DNA of 61,239 nt, filler included, from Platydemus manokwari (GCA_037951405.1; 5 parts of 5 records of this genome joined end to end with filler, not necessarily neighbours in it), one strand, 5' to 3'; counted from the first letter of the whole stretch, positions 22,290 to 35,462 are shown. Notes: generated by a model from the letters alone, not told the origin. Made by a program: numbers and translations.

Positions 22290-23768
22290 TTAGTATATAT
22301 TGATGAACCTGTGATTCAAAACATCTTCTAAAATCGTGAAAATATTATTTATTTCATATTGGTTATAATAACTGATCGACCTGCATTGAATCTTTCCTGA
22401 CGATTTACTTTTAGAATCATGGAAATCAAATGTTCTAATTGATCAGAAATGTCACAATTTGTATATCTACAAGAACATTTTCATTCAATCATTTCATGGT
22501 ACAAATATCATACTGCAAATCATTAATATCTCGCGATAACATAAAACACACAGTGATCCCCAAACTCCAGATGTCTGCATTGAAACTTGACGCTTTACTT
22601 TCTCGTATTTCTGGAGCCTGTTTCGTATCAATAATTTCAACAAAATAATATATATTTTACCATAAACGCAATACTGCCAATAAAGGTCATTATTTGGCTA
22701 TATTCGATCATTTTCGATATTCCAAAATCGCCTAAACGAAACAAATCAATGATCTAAATGTAATTTAACATCCATTTGTATATCTAAGTATCAAACAATA
22801 ATTTTCTTTTCGAATATTATTATTATTTCGTTTTGAACAATTTATTAGATTTACGATAATTATTGATTATATGACAAAAACATTACTGATAAACAAACAC
22901 CAATAATAATTCTTCATTCGATGTTACTAAAAATAGATTTTTCCACTTGGAAAGAGCATTTATGAAAAATAATTATTTACTAATGAATTATTATCATATA
23001 AAATAATCAGTAATTATTTATTATATTTATTAAATACAAATATTTATTATTCACTTTTGACATAATTTAAAATCGAACCTATTTTGTAGATGATTTTTCG
23101 AGACACTCGCTTGATCAAGATATTTGCAGGTTTTATGTCGCGATGTACAATGCCGTTCTTGTGAATGTATTGCAATCCCTTGGCTAATAAAATCATATCA
23201 TCATTAGTTTATGTGATGTAGAAGATGATCTGTACCTGTTTGGCGAAGAAAGTTCCTAATTTCTGGTTCCGAAATATCTCGTCCTGTAACACAATACAGA
23301 ATGATCCAAAAATATTTTAATCTATTTCTCACCAATATTTTTTATTCTACTTTCCAGATCTTCAACACAAAGCTCCATGACAAGGAATACTTTTCTACTG
23401 CAAGTCTTGAAAGATAGCAGATTACAATGAGTCGTTCTGATAAAAACAAAAATTACATGATATTCGAAGAGACGCACGATATATTGACAATTCATACCCT
23501 ACATTTAACCATCAATGCAATCACCATTACATGCCTGCTTACCTTTAAATTATCGATTTCTCTTCGTTGTTGATTACTGAGATCATAATTGTAAATAACT
23601 TTGATTGCTACATTTTTTTTGGTCTATCATAATTTACATGATGAAAATTAATCGTTAAAATTATAATTGAAAACCAACATTTATATTTCTCCCTCGATAT
23701 ACAGAACCAAAAGCACCTTCCCCAAGAAAGTCTTTGTTATGATATTCGTATTGTCCGATAGAAAACAT
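22290..23768 (-). CDS. Kinase-domain-only ULK/ATG1-like Ser/Thr kinase, copy A (10 exons, ~250 aa, intact)
   Basis: Spliced: MFSIGQYEYHNKDFLGEGAFGSVYRGRNIN|TKKNVAIK..RREIDNLK|..VMELC..|HRDIKPANILI|GDFGISK..FIGSIAFM|APE..NADIWSLG|..EDVLNHRFINIY*. All phases are consistent with GT-AG introns. Missed by the ORF track. Confidence 0.9.
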
Positions 23769-23826
23769 AGTTCAAAATATTTAATAAATTTTTTGTGACA
23801 ACAAGAATTTATGAAATTATCGTGAA

Positions 23827-23880
23827 CCAATAGAATTGTGACAGGTCATAGTTCTATTAATAGAGATGGAATTACCAAAT
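23827..23880 (-). promoter_or_regulatory. Kinase copy A promoter module: MEF2-consensus site + CCAAT box
   Basis: CTATTAATAG at 23854-23863 (CTA-W4-TAG) and CCAAT at 23827-23831, with a 22-nt spacer. The same module precedes the other copies. Confidence 0.55.
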
Positions 23881-25992
23881 CGTTTCAATCATTTGACTAT
23901 TTATTGCGACGTTGTCTGCTTAAATTGACTGCAATCTTGTCTATTGTAATGTTATATCGTAAAACAATTTAATTTGGTAATAATCACTTTAAATAAACGT
24001 GCCACTCAGCTCACTTTATGTAAAAGTTATTTGATAATTTTATTTGATTTGTAAATAGTTAAAACGAGCAAAAATTTAATGAAAATAGATTGAATTATTC
24101 ATAATAGTGTCATATGATTGGTGAATATAAAACTCTAAATAGATTGCACCTATAGACTTTAAAATTTAAAGGTTAAATGAGCGAATTCTAATGCAGTATA
24201 AAACCACTGTGGTATTGACCAATTTTATTAAATATTAAAAAATAAATAATATTAAAAAGTATAATAATAATATAATAATAAGTATAATAATAACAATAAT
24301 AATAATAGCAACATAGAAATAAATTACCTTCTAATTGTGTTGGGGATATCAGAAACATCTGACTTACAAACAATTTATTTTTATAAACGTATAACTGGTG
24401 ATTGCATGAAAATTCTGAATGTTGCATATCTGTAATTTTTTATTTAAAAAGACAATCTTATTTGTAACTTTATAATTTTTACTTACTGACAACAATATTA
24501 ATTTATTGGGTGTATTGATTTTTTAGATTTTTTATGGTAGCGAAATATTTTAGTCATGACTTGGCAAATAAAATAAAGAAATGACATTAATAAAAAAATA
24601 TTCTGGAGAAGGAGCGGTCGAAATAATATAAACAACTATAATTTTCTAATAACAAAGGAGAATATTTTCCCAAGGGGCAAAATATTATAGCGCTTTATTT
24701 GTTAATCTTTAGAGAATTTTAAAAAATTAAAAAAAGATTAAACATCTATTTAAAAAAATCATATATATAAGGGAAGTCAAAGCCCATTATTGGAGAAACC
24801 ACTAGAGAACTCTATCGGTTTGAAAAGCGTAAATCTATCAGCATCTACAATCACTTGTTTTATGCCCTACGAGTTTAATATTGTAACCCACTGATTGATA
24901 GTATGATATCTGTTATCTTTTACAATCGAGCTTTGACTTCAATATCCTGATGGTAAAAGGTTTTGCCTAAACAACGTGGAGCATATCAACCGTCGCTTAC
25001 ACTTGAATTCGTTAAGGTTACATCATAGGATCAATTGTATATGGTATTGATAAAATCAATTGTATTATTGGTGTCATTTTTAATTGTTAGTGTCAAGTGT
25101 ATAAAATCAAAAAATTGGTTTTTGATGGATTAAAAATCGGTAATAGAACAATAAGATTAGAAATAGCATTTAGAGACATTAAGTTAAGGAGGATTATTAG
25201 AATATTCACAATAGTTGATAGGACATCGTTGCAGCTTTTATCGTCTGCATAAGGTATTAAGCGTGGGGTGAAGAAAAATAGTTACAATAAGGTTACACTG
25301 ATACCTGAGGTATTGATCTGATACTCACAGAGAGTGATAAAGTCAACGGTGATCATAGATAAAAAATCGATAGTTAAAGTGTTAAACAAAAAACCATACA
25401 AGACCCAAAGCAACGTCTTCAATAAATGTATTTGCACGAAAATCGTTTTCTATCTTGTGTAGAGAATTCAGAAGTTTGCATATATCATCTGGTTAATTTT
25501 CCAATTTTAATTTAGCTTACGGTAATAAAAGAAGTGCTAAACTCAGTCGCATAATAATAATGATGATGATAATAAAAATATCCACAAATTCCATAAATCT
25601 TTAGATTGTACAGCTATCTTTCTCCGATAGTGTAGTCTTCAATACTCACAATCGAACCCCCTTAAGACCAGTAAACTCAACAAATCAATAAAACAAATTA
25701 TATATTTAATACGTTTAAAATTAGTTATTAAATACGTACATGTTGAGAACAAGTAAAGGAATTCAATAAAATATATTAAAGATTATCTGTCACCCGGCCA
25801 ATCTTCTTATTTTTCATGTAAATCCAACTAAATATTTGAAAAGTTTAGCTATTTATCGATAATAATCATTATTTCAATTACACCTTAAATCAATAAATAC
25901 CTTAGAGTTAGAACTGGACATGTACTTTGTCGAGTTTTTAAATCGATTTCACCTAATTTATAAAAACAAATTCAATATGCGGAAATGTATAT

Positions 25993-27584
25993 TCAATATA
26001 AAGTTTCGTAAAACATATTTTCAATTTTCGTGCGCTCTATCATCTGATCACTGGCTGGCAACAATGTCTTGTCGAGATCAGTGAAGTAGTTGTGCAATAA
26101 TGCATCTCTAATGCTTATTCTTTCTGGTGGATAATATTCCAGCATTTTCTAATATAGAAATATCAATAAATAAATTAAAAAAAAACTTTGGTGATATTTG
26201 CTCCATCCTCATTATCGAGGTGTAGAAACTTGATACAGTCTTAATTTTTGTAGTGAGTTAATAATTTGTTTACGTCACACTATTTTAAACTGAACTGCGA
26301 TTGTCAATGCCGTATAATGCAACAAAAATTTACTCCGAAGAATAATCAGAAGCAAAAATATCACTGTTTGTGTGTATCTGGACATCGCCACTGTGCAGAA
26401 ACATTATATACGAATGCGTTGACTTTTTACTGCGGATGAATTAATATCGATTGTTGTTTAAATTAACTCGTGGATTTAAATATTTTTAGTGCATTCTTTC
26501 ACAACTTATTGATTATTAATCCAGTATTTGTTTTGATATTATTAAAAGTCATTTAATTATATCGATTTTACAAATTTATTTAAAATGAGAACAGGTGAAA
26601 CAATAATATCGATTTTACAAATATTAAACAGACCATAATTAAATCTAAACAAAGAGGATCAACGGAATCCTCTAAATGAATTTCAATTTTCCTATACCAC
26701 ACGGGGAACATGCTATTCCATGCCGGTAAATTGCACACATCCGGCCAGACATCTTCTGTTGGAGTGCCGAGTATTTTGAAAATCTGAAACAGCTGATCGA
26801 TTTCTGATGTGCCTTGAAATAATAATTTTCCCGTTGACATTTCTGCAATTATACAAGCCATAGACCACACGTCAATACCGGTGGAATACTTCTCCGCATT
26901 TAACAGGATTTCAGGAGCACGATACATCAGTGTTACAACCTAAATAAGTTTTTGTTAATTCAGCCATTGACATCGAATAACAAGATTTCCAGTACCTCAT
27001 GTGATAGAATTCTGGTGGATGAGTTGTATTTCCTTGCCAGTCCAAAATCTGCAATCTTTACGATATTTTTACTGATATTAACAAGGAGATTCGATGGTTT
27101 CAGATCTCTGTGTATGTATCCTTTGGTGTGACAACATAGTAAACCTTGCATAATTTGAAAAGAGAAATTTTTGACAAGCCATCTATTCATCGGGCCTTCC
27201 AGATTCTTCAGGTAATTGTCCAAATCCGCATCGAGATATTCAAACACCATATATAACCGACCATTCTCAATGATAGTCTGATGCATGCTACAGAAAGAAT
27301 TCCAAATCATTCATATTTCGAATATCTTACGTGATTATGTTTGGATGCTGAATCTCTTTAAGAATTGCCACTTCTCTCAAAGTGGTTGACCACAGTCCAT
27401 CTACATCATTTTTGCATTTGATTTTTTTTAGAGCGACTAATTCATTGGTCACTAAATTCACTGCCTTGTAAACAATGCCGTATGTTCCTGACATTGTTGT
27501 TAAAATCCATCTTTACTCATTATTCAGATATTTACCTTCACCGATTTTTATAAGATTTTTAAAATCTTTTAATGCAAATTTCAT
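25993..27584 (-). CDS. Divergent CDK1/CDK2-like cyclin-dependent kinase (5 exons)
   Basis: KIGE|[50 protein letters not shown]|[21 protein letters not shown], and last exon [32 protein letters not shown]. Confidence 0.92.
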
Positions 27585-28989
27585 TTTTTTTAAAATTAAA
27601 AACAACCTTGAACTGTTTAAATGACGAATTATTCAAACAAAATTAAACCCACTCTCATCTATGAATTATTTATCTACCCGATTTTTCAACAATCCAGAGC
27701 AATTTCATGTGAAATCAATCAGGAGATTTGTTTTTCAAACAATTTTTATGGCATAACACACACGCATATTTATGCAGCCAATAAGAAACGAAGAGATACA
27801 AAATGAAATTGAGCTTTCAAATCAACGGACTGCCCAAACACGTTGGAAAAATGGTTTTAGGAATATTCATATTCGAATTCTTGTTTCCATTTTTATTCGG
27901 CCAAGCTGATAAATATTAGTCGAGTGTGTGATTGAGGTTCTGAACAAATTCGATCACTTTGGTATTTTGAGAATGGTTTGAAGTAAGAATTTGCTTGTTA
28001 TTTTATACTGCAATCTAGCACTGATGAATTTTCGAAATTTAAAGTTAAATGTCAGCAAAATCGCTCTTAACGGTACGAAATCGTTAGTTAATTTCAAAAA
28101 CAAAATTTTATAAATATATAAAATTATAAAAATCTCTATTTATAGAATTCAAAAATTAATGTTTTCGAACATTGGTCATCACAACTTCTCCTTGAAAATC
28201 TCTTTCATTTACCGCGTAAACGGCGTCCGCGAGCGAAATTGACCAAAATTTTAAAATATATTTCAGTTGAAAACGGCAAATCATATTTTATCGCAACGAA
28301 TAACATTCAAATAAAATATGTTATTCTATTTTTGGATAATCAAAACCAATCATGACGCTTGTGAAGTTGGCATCGATTATCACATTCATTTCGAAGGAGC
28401 TCGATTATTATGATTGTTGGGTAAGAAATTAAATTCTTAAATAATCTGAATAATTTTAATCAATAAATCACAGTCAATCATGCCTACTAATTCCTCGTCT
28501 AATTTTCATTTTGAGAACTTTTTTGAAGCCCACAGAACAGATTGAAATATGTTATTATCGATTGCATTTTAGATTGAAAATACTAACTAGAGAGAAGACT
28601 CAATATATTGGATTCATCGGATTGTGATTATTCGCTATGGAATCAAATCTTTTGATTGGATTTTTGTTGAATGACTTGTATCTTTTGAATCCGTATCATT
28701 AGATCATCAAGTAAATCCTTATCGGTATGAATCAAAGCACAAATAATCTGAGAAACCTCTGAAAATAATTCGGAAAGTTGTCAAGAAATGGTAATCATTG
28801 GAAGAATTTCTAAACGATTAGCAATTAGACTATCACAAATCGATTTCGATGAAAACGTAAATATTTAAATTCTACCCACCGAAATATCATTCATTAAAAT
28901 GTATATCGAGTAATTTGATTCTGTTAAAATCCAAAAACCCAACTCAACTTACAAAACTATACAATTAATCGTGCCTTAATTCAAAAAAA

Positions 28990-29060
28990 TTGGTAATTCC
29001 ATATCTATTATTAGAACTATGACTTGGCGCAGTTCTATTGGCTCTTGATAAATTTATAAA
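28990..29060 (+). promoter_or_regulatory. Kinase copy B promoter module: MEF2-consensus + inverted CCAAT + TATA-like
   Basis: CTATTATTAG at 29005-29014, ATTGG at 29037-29041, TTTATAAA at 29053-29060. Confidence 0.55.
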
Positions 29061-29103
29061 TTAATGTTTTCAATTGAAATTTCATTATTAAATATTCTAA
29101 GCC

Positions 29104-30623
29104 ATGTTTGCTGTTGGAGTATATGAATACCATGAAAGAAATTTTCTCGGAAAAGGTGCTTTTGGTTCTGTATATCAAGGAAGAAATAGGAATGTTAGTC
29201 TTGAATGATAATATTAACGATTAATTATCAGGATGTAAATCATTGCAGACAGGAATGAATGTAGCAATCAAAGTTGTTAACTATTATATCAATAATCAAC
29301 AACGAAGAGAAATTGATAATTTAAAAGTAAGTAGGCATATATTGATGATTTTATTGATAATTAATTATAGGACATGAATTGTCAAAACATCGTGAGTCTC
29401 TTAGATTATTACGTAATCTTAGTTTTTTAAAAGTGACCTATTTCTATTTATTATCGTTTTAGACTTTTCGTGGAAGAGTATTTATAGTAATGGAGCTTTG
29501 TGTTGAAGATCTGGAAAGTAGAATAAAAAATATTGGTGAGAAATAGATTAAAATATTTTTGGATCATTCTGTATTGTGTTACAGGACGAGATATTTCGGA
29601 ACCAGAAATTAGGAACTTTCTTCGCCAAACATGTAAAAATCATTTACTACATCACATAAACTAATAATGATATGATTTTATTAGCCAGGGGATTGCAATA
29701 CATTCACGACATGGGCATTGTACATCGCGACATAAAACCTGCAAATATCTTGATCAAGCGAGTGTCCCGAAAAATTATTTACAAAATATGTTCGATTTTT
29801 AATTATATTTATCCCGAATATCTAACTAAATGACTGATTAATAAATTATCAAAGATGATATATAATTATTTATTTTATTGGATTATAATATAATAATAAT
29901 GATAATAAGTAATTAACAAATTAAAATATCAATAAATAATTTTTAGATATTTAATGTCTAAAAATCCAAATCTATTTTTAGTAACATGCTAAATAATTAT
30001 TATTAGTTGATTAGTTTTAAAGTTTAAGTTTTTGTCATATAATCAATATTTGGAATTATCTATCTTGTATAAAATTATTTAATACGGAAGAATAATATCT
30101 GGAAAGACGATTATTGTTTATGAACTCAATTTGCGTTTTTTATTAGAAGAGTATTTTTAGAATATTGATTTATACATTTCAGCTGATTTTGGAATATCGA
30201 AAATGATCGAATATAGTCAAATAATGACTTCTATTGGCACTGTATTTTATATGGTAAAATTTATTATTCAAATGAAAGTATTAATGTCATACAGGCGCCA
30301 GAATTAAAAAAAAATAAAACATCAAGTTTCAATGCCGACATCTGGAGTTTGGGGATCACTGTGTGTTACATGTTATCACGAGACATGAGTGATTTGGAGT
30401 ATGATATTCAATCCATGAAATGAATGAATGATTATGTTCTTGTAGCTACACAAATTTTGACATTTCTGATCAATTGGAACATTTGATTTCCATGATGCTA
30501 AAAGTAAATCGTCACAAAAGATACAATGCAGGTCGATGATTTGTTTTAAAAAAATATCAAATAAATAATATTTTCACGATTTTAGAAGATGTTTTGAATC
30601 ACAACTTCATCAACAATTATTGA
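29104..30623 (+). CDS. Kinase-domain-only ULK/ATG1-like Ser/Thr kinase, copy B (10 exons, ~250 aa, intact)
   Basis: Spliced: MFAVGVYEYHERNFLGKGAFGSVYQGRNRN|TGMNVAIK..|DMNCQNIVSLLDYY|..VMELC..|HRDIKPANILI|SDFGISK..SIGTVFYM|APE..NADIWSLG|..EDVLNHNFINNY*. Intron positions match copy A. Confidence 0.9.
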
Positions 30624-31199
30624 AAGACAAGCCGAACGATTAAGACGAGTTTCTTATTTTATTTGTCGATTAATAAAAGTGTATTTTCTACATTTTTAAA
30701 GTTGATTTCGATTTTATTAATAATTTTACAATTAATCTCTGATTTCGGGTTTTGATTTATAAATGGCCTCCACAACTAAGCATTGTAAAACAATGAGAAT
30801 TATAAAATTATATTCGATAATTTTAAATTTTAAAATGTGTAAATAACGAAAAAAATTAAAAATTCAATACTCATTTTTATTGACTAAAACCAACTTATTA
30901 TTTTAGTCTGATTTACGAATAATGTAATTATTGATTGTTACCCCATCTGTATCTTGTGGTTGTATGTCCTAATCTTCCACAACTCCGGTGATTATATTAA
31001 TGACTCTGGTAATTCATAGATCATTTGTCGTTTAATTTGGTTTGGGTAGAATTTTTAACCAATAGTACATCGTGGTATTTTCGACGATCCTATAACTGAA
31101 GTTTATTACAGCTCATAATTCTGTAATTGATGCCCTTGTTTTTTCGTCAGATAGACCAGGTGTGGTTGACTTCTTCATCCTCAATCTGCTTTTAATCGC

Positions 31200-31800
31200 T
31201 TGAAGTTCGTTATCTACTTTGTTATTGGTAGATATGAACAACATAAAATCTTCCGTGACAATTTGAACACTTCTTCTAATGTTTACCCTGCCTTTAACTA
31301 TGAAAAGATCACTTGAGTTAGCATTATGATCAAATATATGGCCACATCTTGAAATTCTTTCTATAAACTTTTCAACATTCCTTTGAGAATTTTGTTAAAA
31401 TGAACCGTTAATTGCAATCATCAGCAGTTTAAGCAGCGTATATGCTCCCGTATAATATTTTTTGAACCATATTCAATTTAATATTATCAACTGTTAGTTT
31501 GATTTTCTATCTACAGTCATTTTTCATGTCATTGACTAACTGAAATTCTAAGAGTCCTGTTAATTCTACTACTTTTTTCATTCGGTATTCCTTAAATCCA
31601 GTTTGAGATCGTTCTTCTATCATAGATATTGGTTCTATGACACTTTGGTTTACTAATATCTATTCGCTTGAGGTCTTCTAATGATTTTAATGTAATTTGG
31701 CAACTTTTTAGCTAGTGGTTTCAAACGATAATGAGCCTCAGTTAATGTTCGCCATCTCTATTTATAATGATGGTTTATGCTCGTATGTGATTTTTCTTCA
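31200..31800 (-). mobile_element. Possible degenerate Ty3/gypsy RNaseH-integrase remnant
   Basis: Minus-strand KITYEHKP (~TDHKPL) followed by RWRTL (~RWxxL). Confidence 0.3.
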
Positions 31801-33149
31801 TCGATTATTAATTGAGTTTATATTTAAGAGGACATTTTAATTTATTTTGAAGTTCTAATTTTACTCACTGTACTTTCGCTGCAATTATTTTGATATTATT
31901 AAACTAGAATCGTAGAGATAAATAATGTTTATCACATCTTTATAATAAAATTAACTATTTTCTTAAAAATAACAAAATAGTTTATCCGCATTCACTAAAC
32001 AAAAATTGCCGATAATTTCAAAAATACCGAGTGCACTTGAAAAAAATAAAAATTATCATCAATCATGTTGCATTTGTTGTGTACTGCGTGGAGGTTTAAA
32101 TTGCAAATATTGACAGTTATTTTATGATTGCTAATAGCTGAGACAATTATTGATTGTTGATCGATATTGATTTTACTTTAGGGTCTTGTATATTTTATTA
32201 TTTTCTTAATACCAAACTTATTTCTATTTGATATCTATATTATTGGGAGTCAAATTCTTCAGAATTTTCTTTTTTATGCTCTTCTATTAGATCAAATAAA
32301 ATGAGATCAAATCACATTTAGTCCATAATTCAATGTATCGTTTCCAAAATACTCTGCCAATTTTAACAACTTTCTTGCACACATAACCACTGATACTAAT
32401 ATTTTTTTAATTCTCTATACCTAGAATGACTCATACATTATAACATCAACTTCACAATCACAGCGTAAATGTTATTTTCTGTTCTCCTTAATATTCAAAT
32501 TTAATTCTAAAATAAAATCTCTAGATTTCTTGAGATTATTCAACAAAAGGAGGGATTGTATTTTTATTTGAAAAAGAGTTGCGAAAAACCCAAATCTCTG
32601 TCAAATAATTTAATCAACTTCTGTTTTTCTTCAATGTATTTTGTTTCTCCAGTTCAAATTTCGATTCATACTGGATGCTTTTTATTCCTGCAAATAAAAT
32701 GTTTATTAAAGGTATAGGTTCTTCAGATGAAGAGTTTGTCGAAAAATTACACACTTACAATGGTATTACAAATATGTATGTGATGATTGATTATTTTAAA
32801 CATCAACAACTGGTTATTGTTTTTGAAAAGTAAATATTGATTTTTTTAAAATAAAACCGATTTCGAGGAATGTAAAATTATTTAAATCTTATTCAACACT
32901 TATTAAACACTAAATAGAATTTCTTTCATTGACAATCTTTTCCATCGCAAATAAAGTCATTTGATTCTGTAAAAGTTAAGAAAAAATCCAACTTCTATGC
33001 AATGAATAATCTTACGATTCACAAAATATTTGGTAATTCCATATCTATTAATAGAACAATATTTGTCGCAATTCTATTGGCTGCAACTTAACTAACAGCA
33101 TTTATAAGATCTTGTTTTCTTTCGAAATTTAATTCTTTAATCCTTTAGA

Positions 33150-34770
33150 CAGCGTTTTCGGTTGGAAAATACGAATATCACAATGAAGACTTTTTGGAGA
33201 AGGTGCTTTTGGTTCTGTCTATTGTGAGACAAATAGAAATGTTAGTATTTAATGATAATATTAACGATTAATTATCACGATGAAAATTATTGCAGACAAA
33301 ACGAGATGAAGCATGCAGTGTCGAAGAGAAATCGATAATTTGAAATTAAACAGGCATGTATTGATGATTATATTGATGATTAAATATAAGGTTGAATTGT
33401 CAAATCATTGTGCGACTCTTTGAATATCATTTAATTTGTCTTCTAAAAACGGATCATTATCTATTATGACTTGCAGTAGAAAAGCATTTCTAATAATGGA
33501 GCTTTGTGTTAAAGATCTAGAAAGTAGAATCATAAATATTGGTGAGAAATATTAGAAATATTATTGGATCGATTTATATTGTGTTACAGGGCAAGATATT
33601 ACGGAACAAGAAAATACGAACCTTTTTAAACAGGTAAAGATCATTTTCTATATCACATAAACTAATAATTGTATCATTTCAATAGATAATAGATCACGTT
33701 ACATTCGCAACAACTCATAGTAAATTCCAGGTTTAAACATCGAAACTTCTCATATATCTGTTTTATATTATTATTTTCAATAGAATGATATATTTTACCA
33801 TAACCAATACATTAGCATTGGGAAGTTCCAAATTTCAACAATATATTTCATCAAATATTCCAACAATATTTCACATATTTTTCACCACTACTTTGATCCT
33901 ACTTTCCAGATCTTCAACACAAAGCTCCATTACTAGGAATACTTTTCTATTGCAAGTCTTGAAAAATATCAGATTTAAATGACTCGTTTTTTCGAAGACA
34001 AATTAAATGATTGTCGAAGAGACACACGATGTTTTGACAATTCACACCCGGTATTTAATCACCAATACTTGCCTATTTAATTTTAAATTATCGATTTCTC
34101 TTCGGTGTTTTTTATTGAGATCATCTCGTTTGCAATAATTTATGTCGTTATAATTAATCGTCAAAAGACAGAACCAAAATCACCCTTTTCGAGAAAATGT
34201 TTGTTATGATATTCATATTGTCCGATAGCAAATATGAGTTAAAATATTTAAGAATCAAATTTTAAAACGAAAACATGGACCCTTAATTTATTATGAATTA
34301 TGTTAGAACCAATAGAATTGCTAGAATTAATGTTTCTTTTTATAGGCATGGTATCAGTTGTCGTTATTTATTAGAATTTGTTTTTTATATTTCTATAATC
34401 CACTATAAAGATTTTATAATATGATAATAATGATTGGGATTAAGCATCATTTATTAAATCATTTAATATTGATTAATAACATTTTAAATAAAGATTATTG
34501 TTGTATTAATCCATATTTTTGGGAATTCGAATACTTTGAATATATATTAGGTGTTCTATCGATATTTTATTGATCTGTATTGTTCAAAACTTGTTCGAGA
34601 AAAGTCAAAAACGACCCTTTATTGATTTTGTATTGGTCATGGTAAAATATATTATTTTATTGAGATTATTGATATTAATAGAGCAATATAAATGTAAATG
34701 AAGCTAGATGTTTCAATGCTAACATCTGGAATTTACATATCACTGTCATTCTATATGTTATCAAGGCATT
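33150..34770 (+). pseudogene. ULK-like kinase pseudogene, copy C (exons 1-5 at 33150-33640; exon 7-8 relics at 34600-34770)
   Basis: Clear nucleotide homology to copies A/B. ATG lost, frameshift in the G-loop, VAIK deleted, donor sites mutated. Promoter module retained at 33031-33080. Confidence 0.85.
33870..34235 (-). pseudogene. ULK-like kinase pseudogene, copy D (exons 1-4), inverted inside copy C
   Basis: ATG>ATA; reads IFAIGQYEYHNKHFLEKGDFGSVF*. Exon 4 VFLVMELCVEDLESR is intact. CCAAT at 34309-34313. Confidence 0.85.
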
Positions 34771-35462
34771 TTTAATGGTTTGTAACACTTACTCTTGTGG
34801 TGCTTTGTTATTTTGTGTATTTGATGTTCAAGAAATCCTGTGAATGAAGAATAATATTATTGATTTTTTGATTATTTTGTATTGATATTAAGAAGAATGA
34901 GATGAGTTTTGTGAATAGAAAATAAAGAAAACTACTTAAAAATAAAAAGCCACTGGCCTGTTTTAAGCAAATGGGTTANNNNNNNNNNNNNNNNNNNNNN
35001 NNNNNNNNNNNNNNNNNNNNNNTTAATTAATTAANNNNNNNNNNNNNNNNNNNNNNNNNNNNNNNNNNNNNNNNNNNNGATTATAAACAACTTTAAATTT
35101 TCTCAAGCACTTAAATACAAAATTGAAAATGTTTTAGAAGAATTTAATTAAATAAACTATATAGGATTTTACTATACACTGCATAAATTAAAAATTTTAT
35201 TTTATGACCATTTTTTAAAACTTTAGACCAATGTTTTATATCAACTTTTTATCTGTCACATTTTTAATTTTTAGAAGACATTTAAATGCAAAGGCATTGT
35301 GTACATCAACTTTATTTGAAAATTTTTTGAATAAACTTCGTATTTATATTTTATAATTTTTTATTAAAATTGTTTTAATAATTAGTTTTAGTAAGAATTT
35401 TGAAAAATATTTTTTAATTGAAATTATATTAATTGAATTTTAGAAAATATTAATGTTATCTC

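Noticed and set aside
24700-25500. Faint RT/integrase-like fragments (also 46250-46560, 48150-48480, 49600-50500)
   Set aside because: Only single weak motif echoes (e.g. GIKRGVKK, DDVPLI). Probably old retroelement debris but too degraded to call.
28352-28760. Possible small gene between CDK and kinase B (MTLVKLAS..CW|gtaag)
   Set aside because: No consistent downstream reading frame and no recognisable product.
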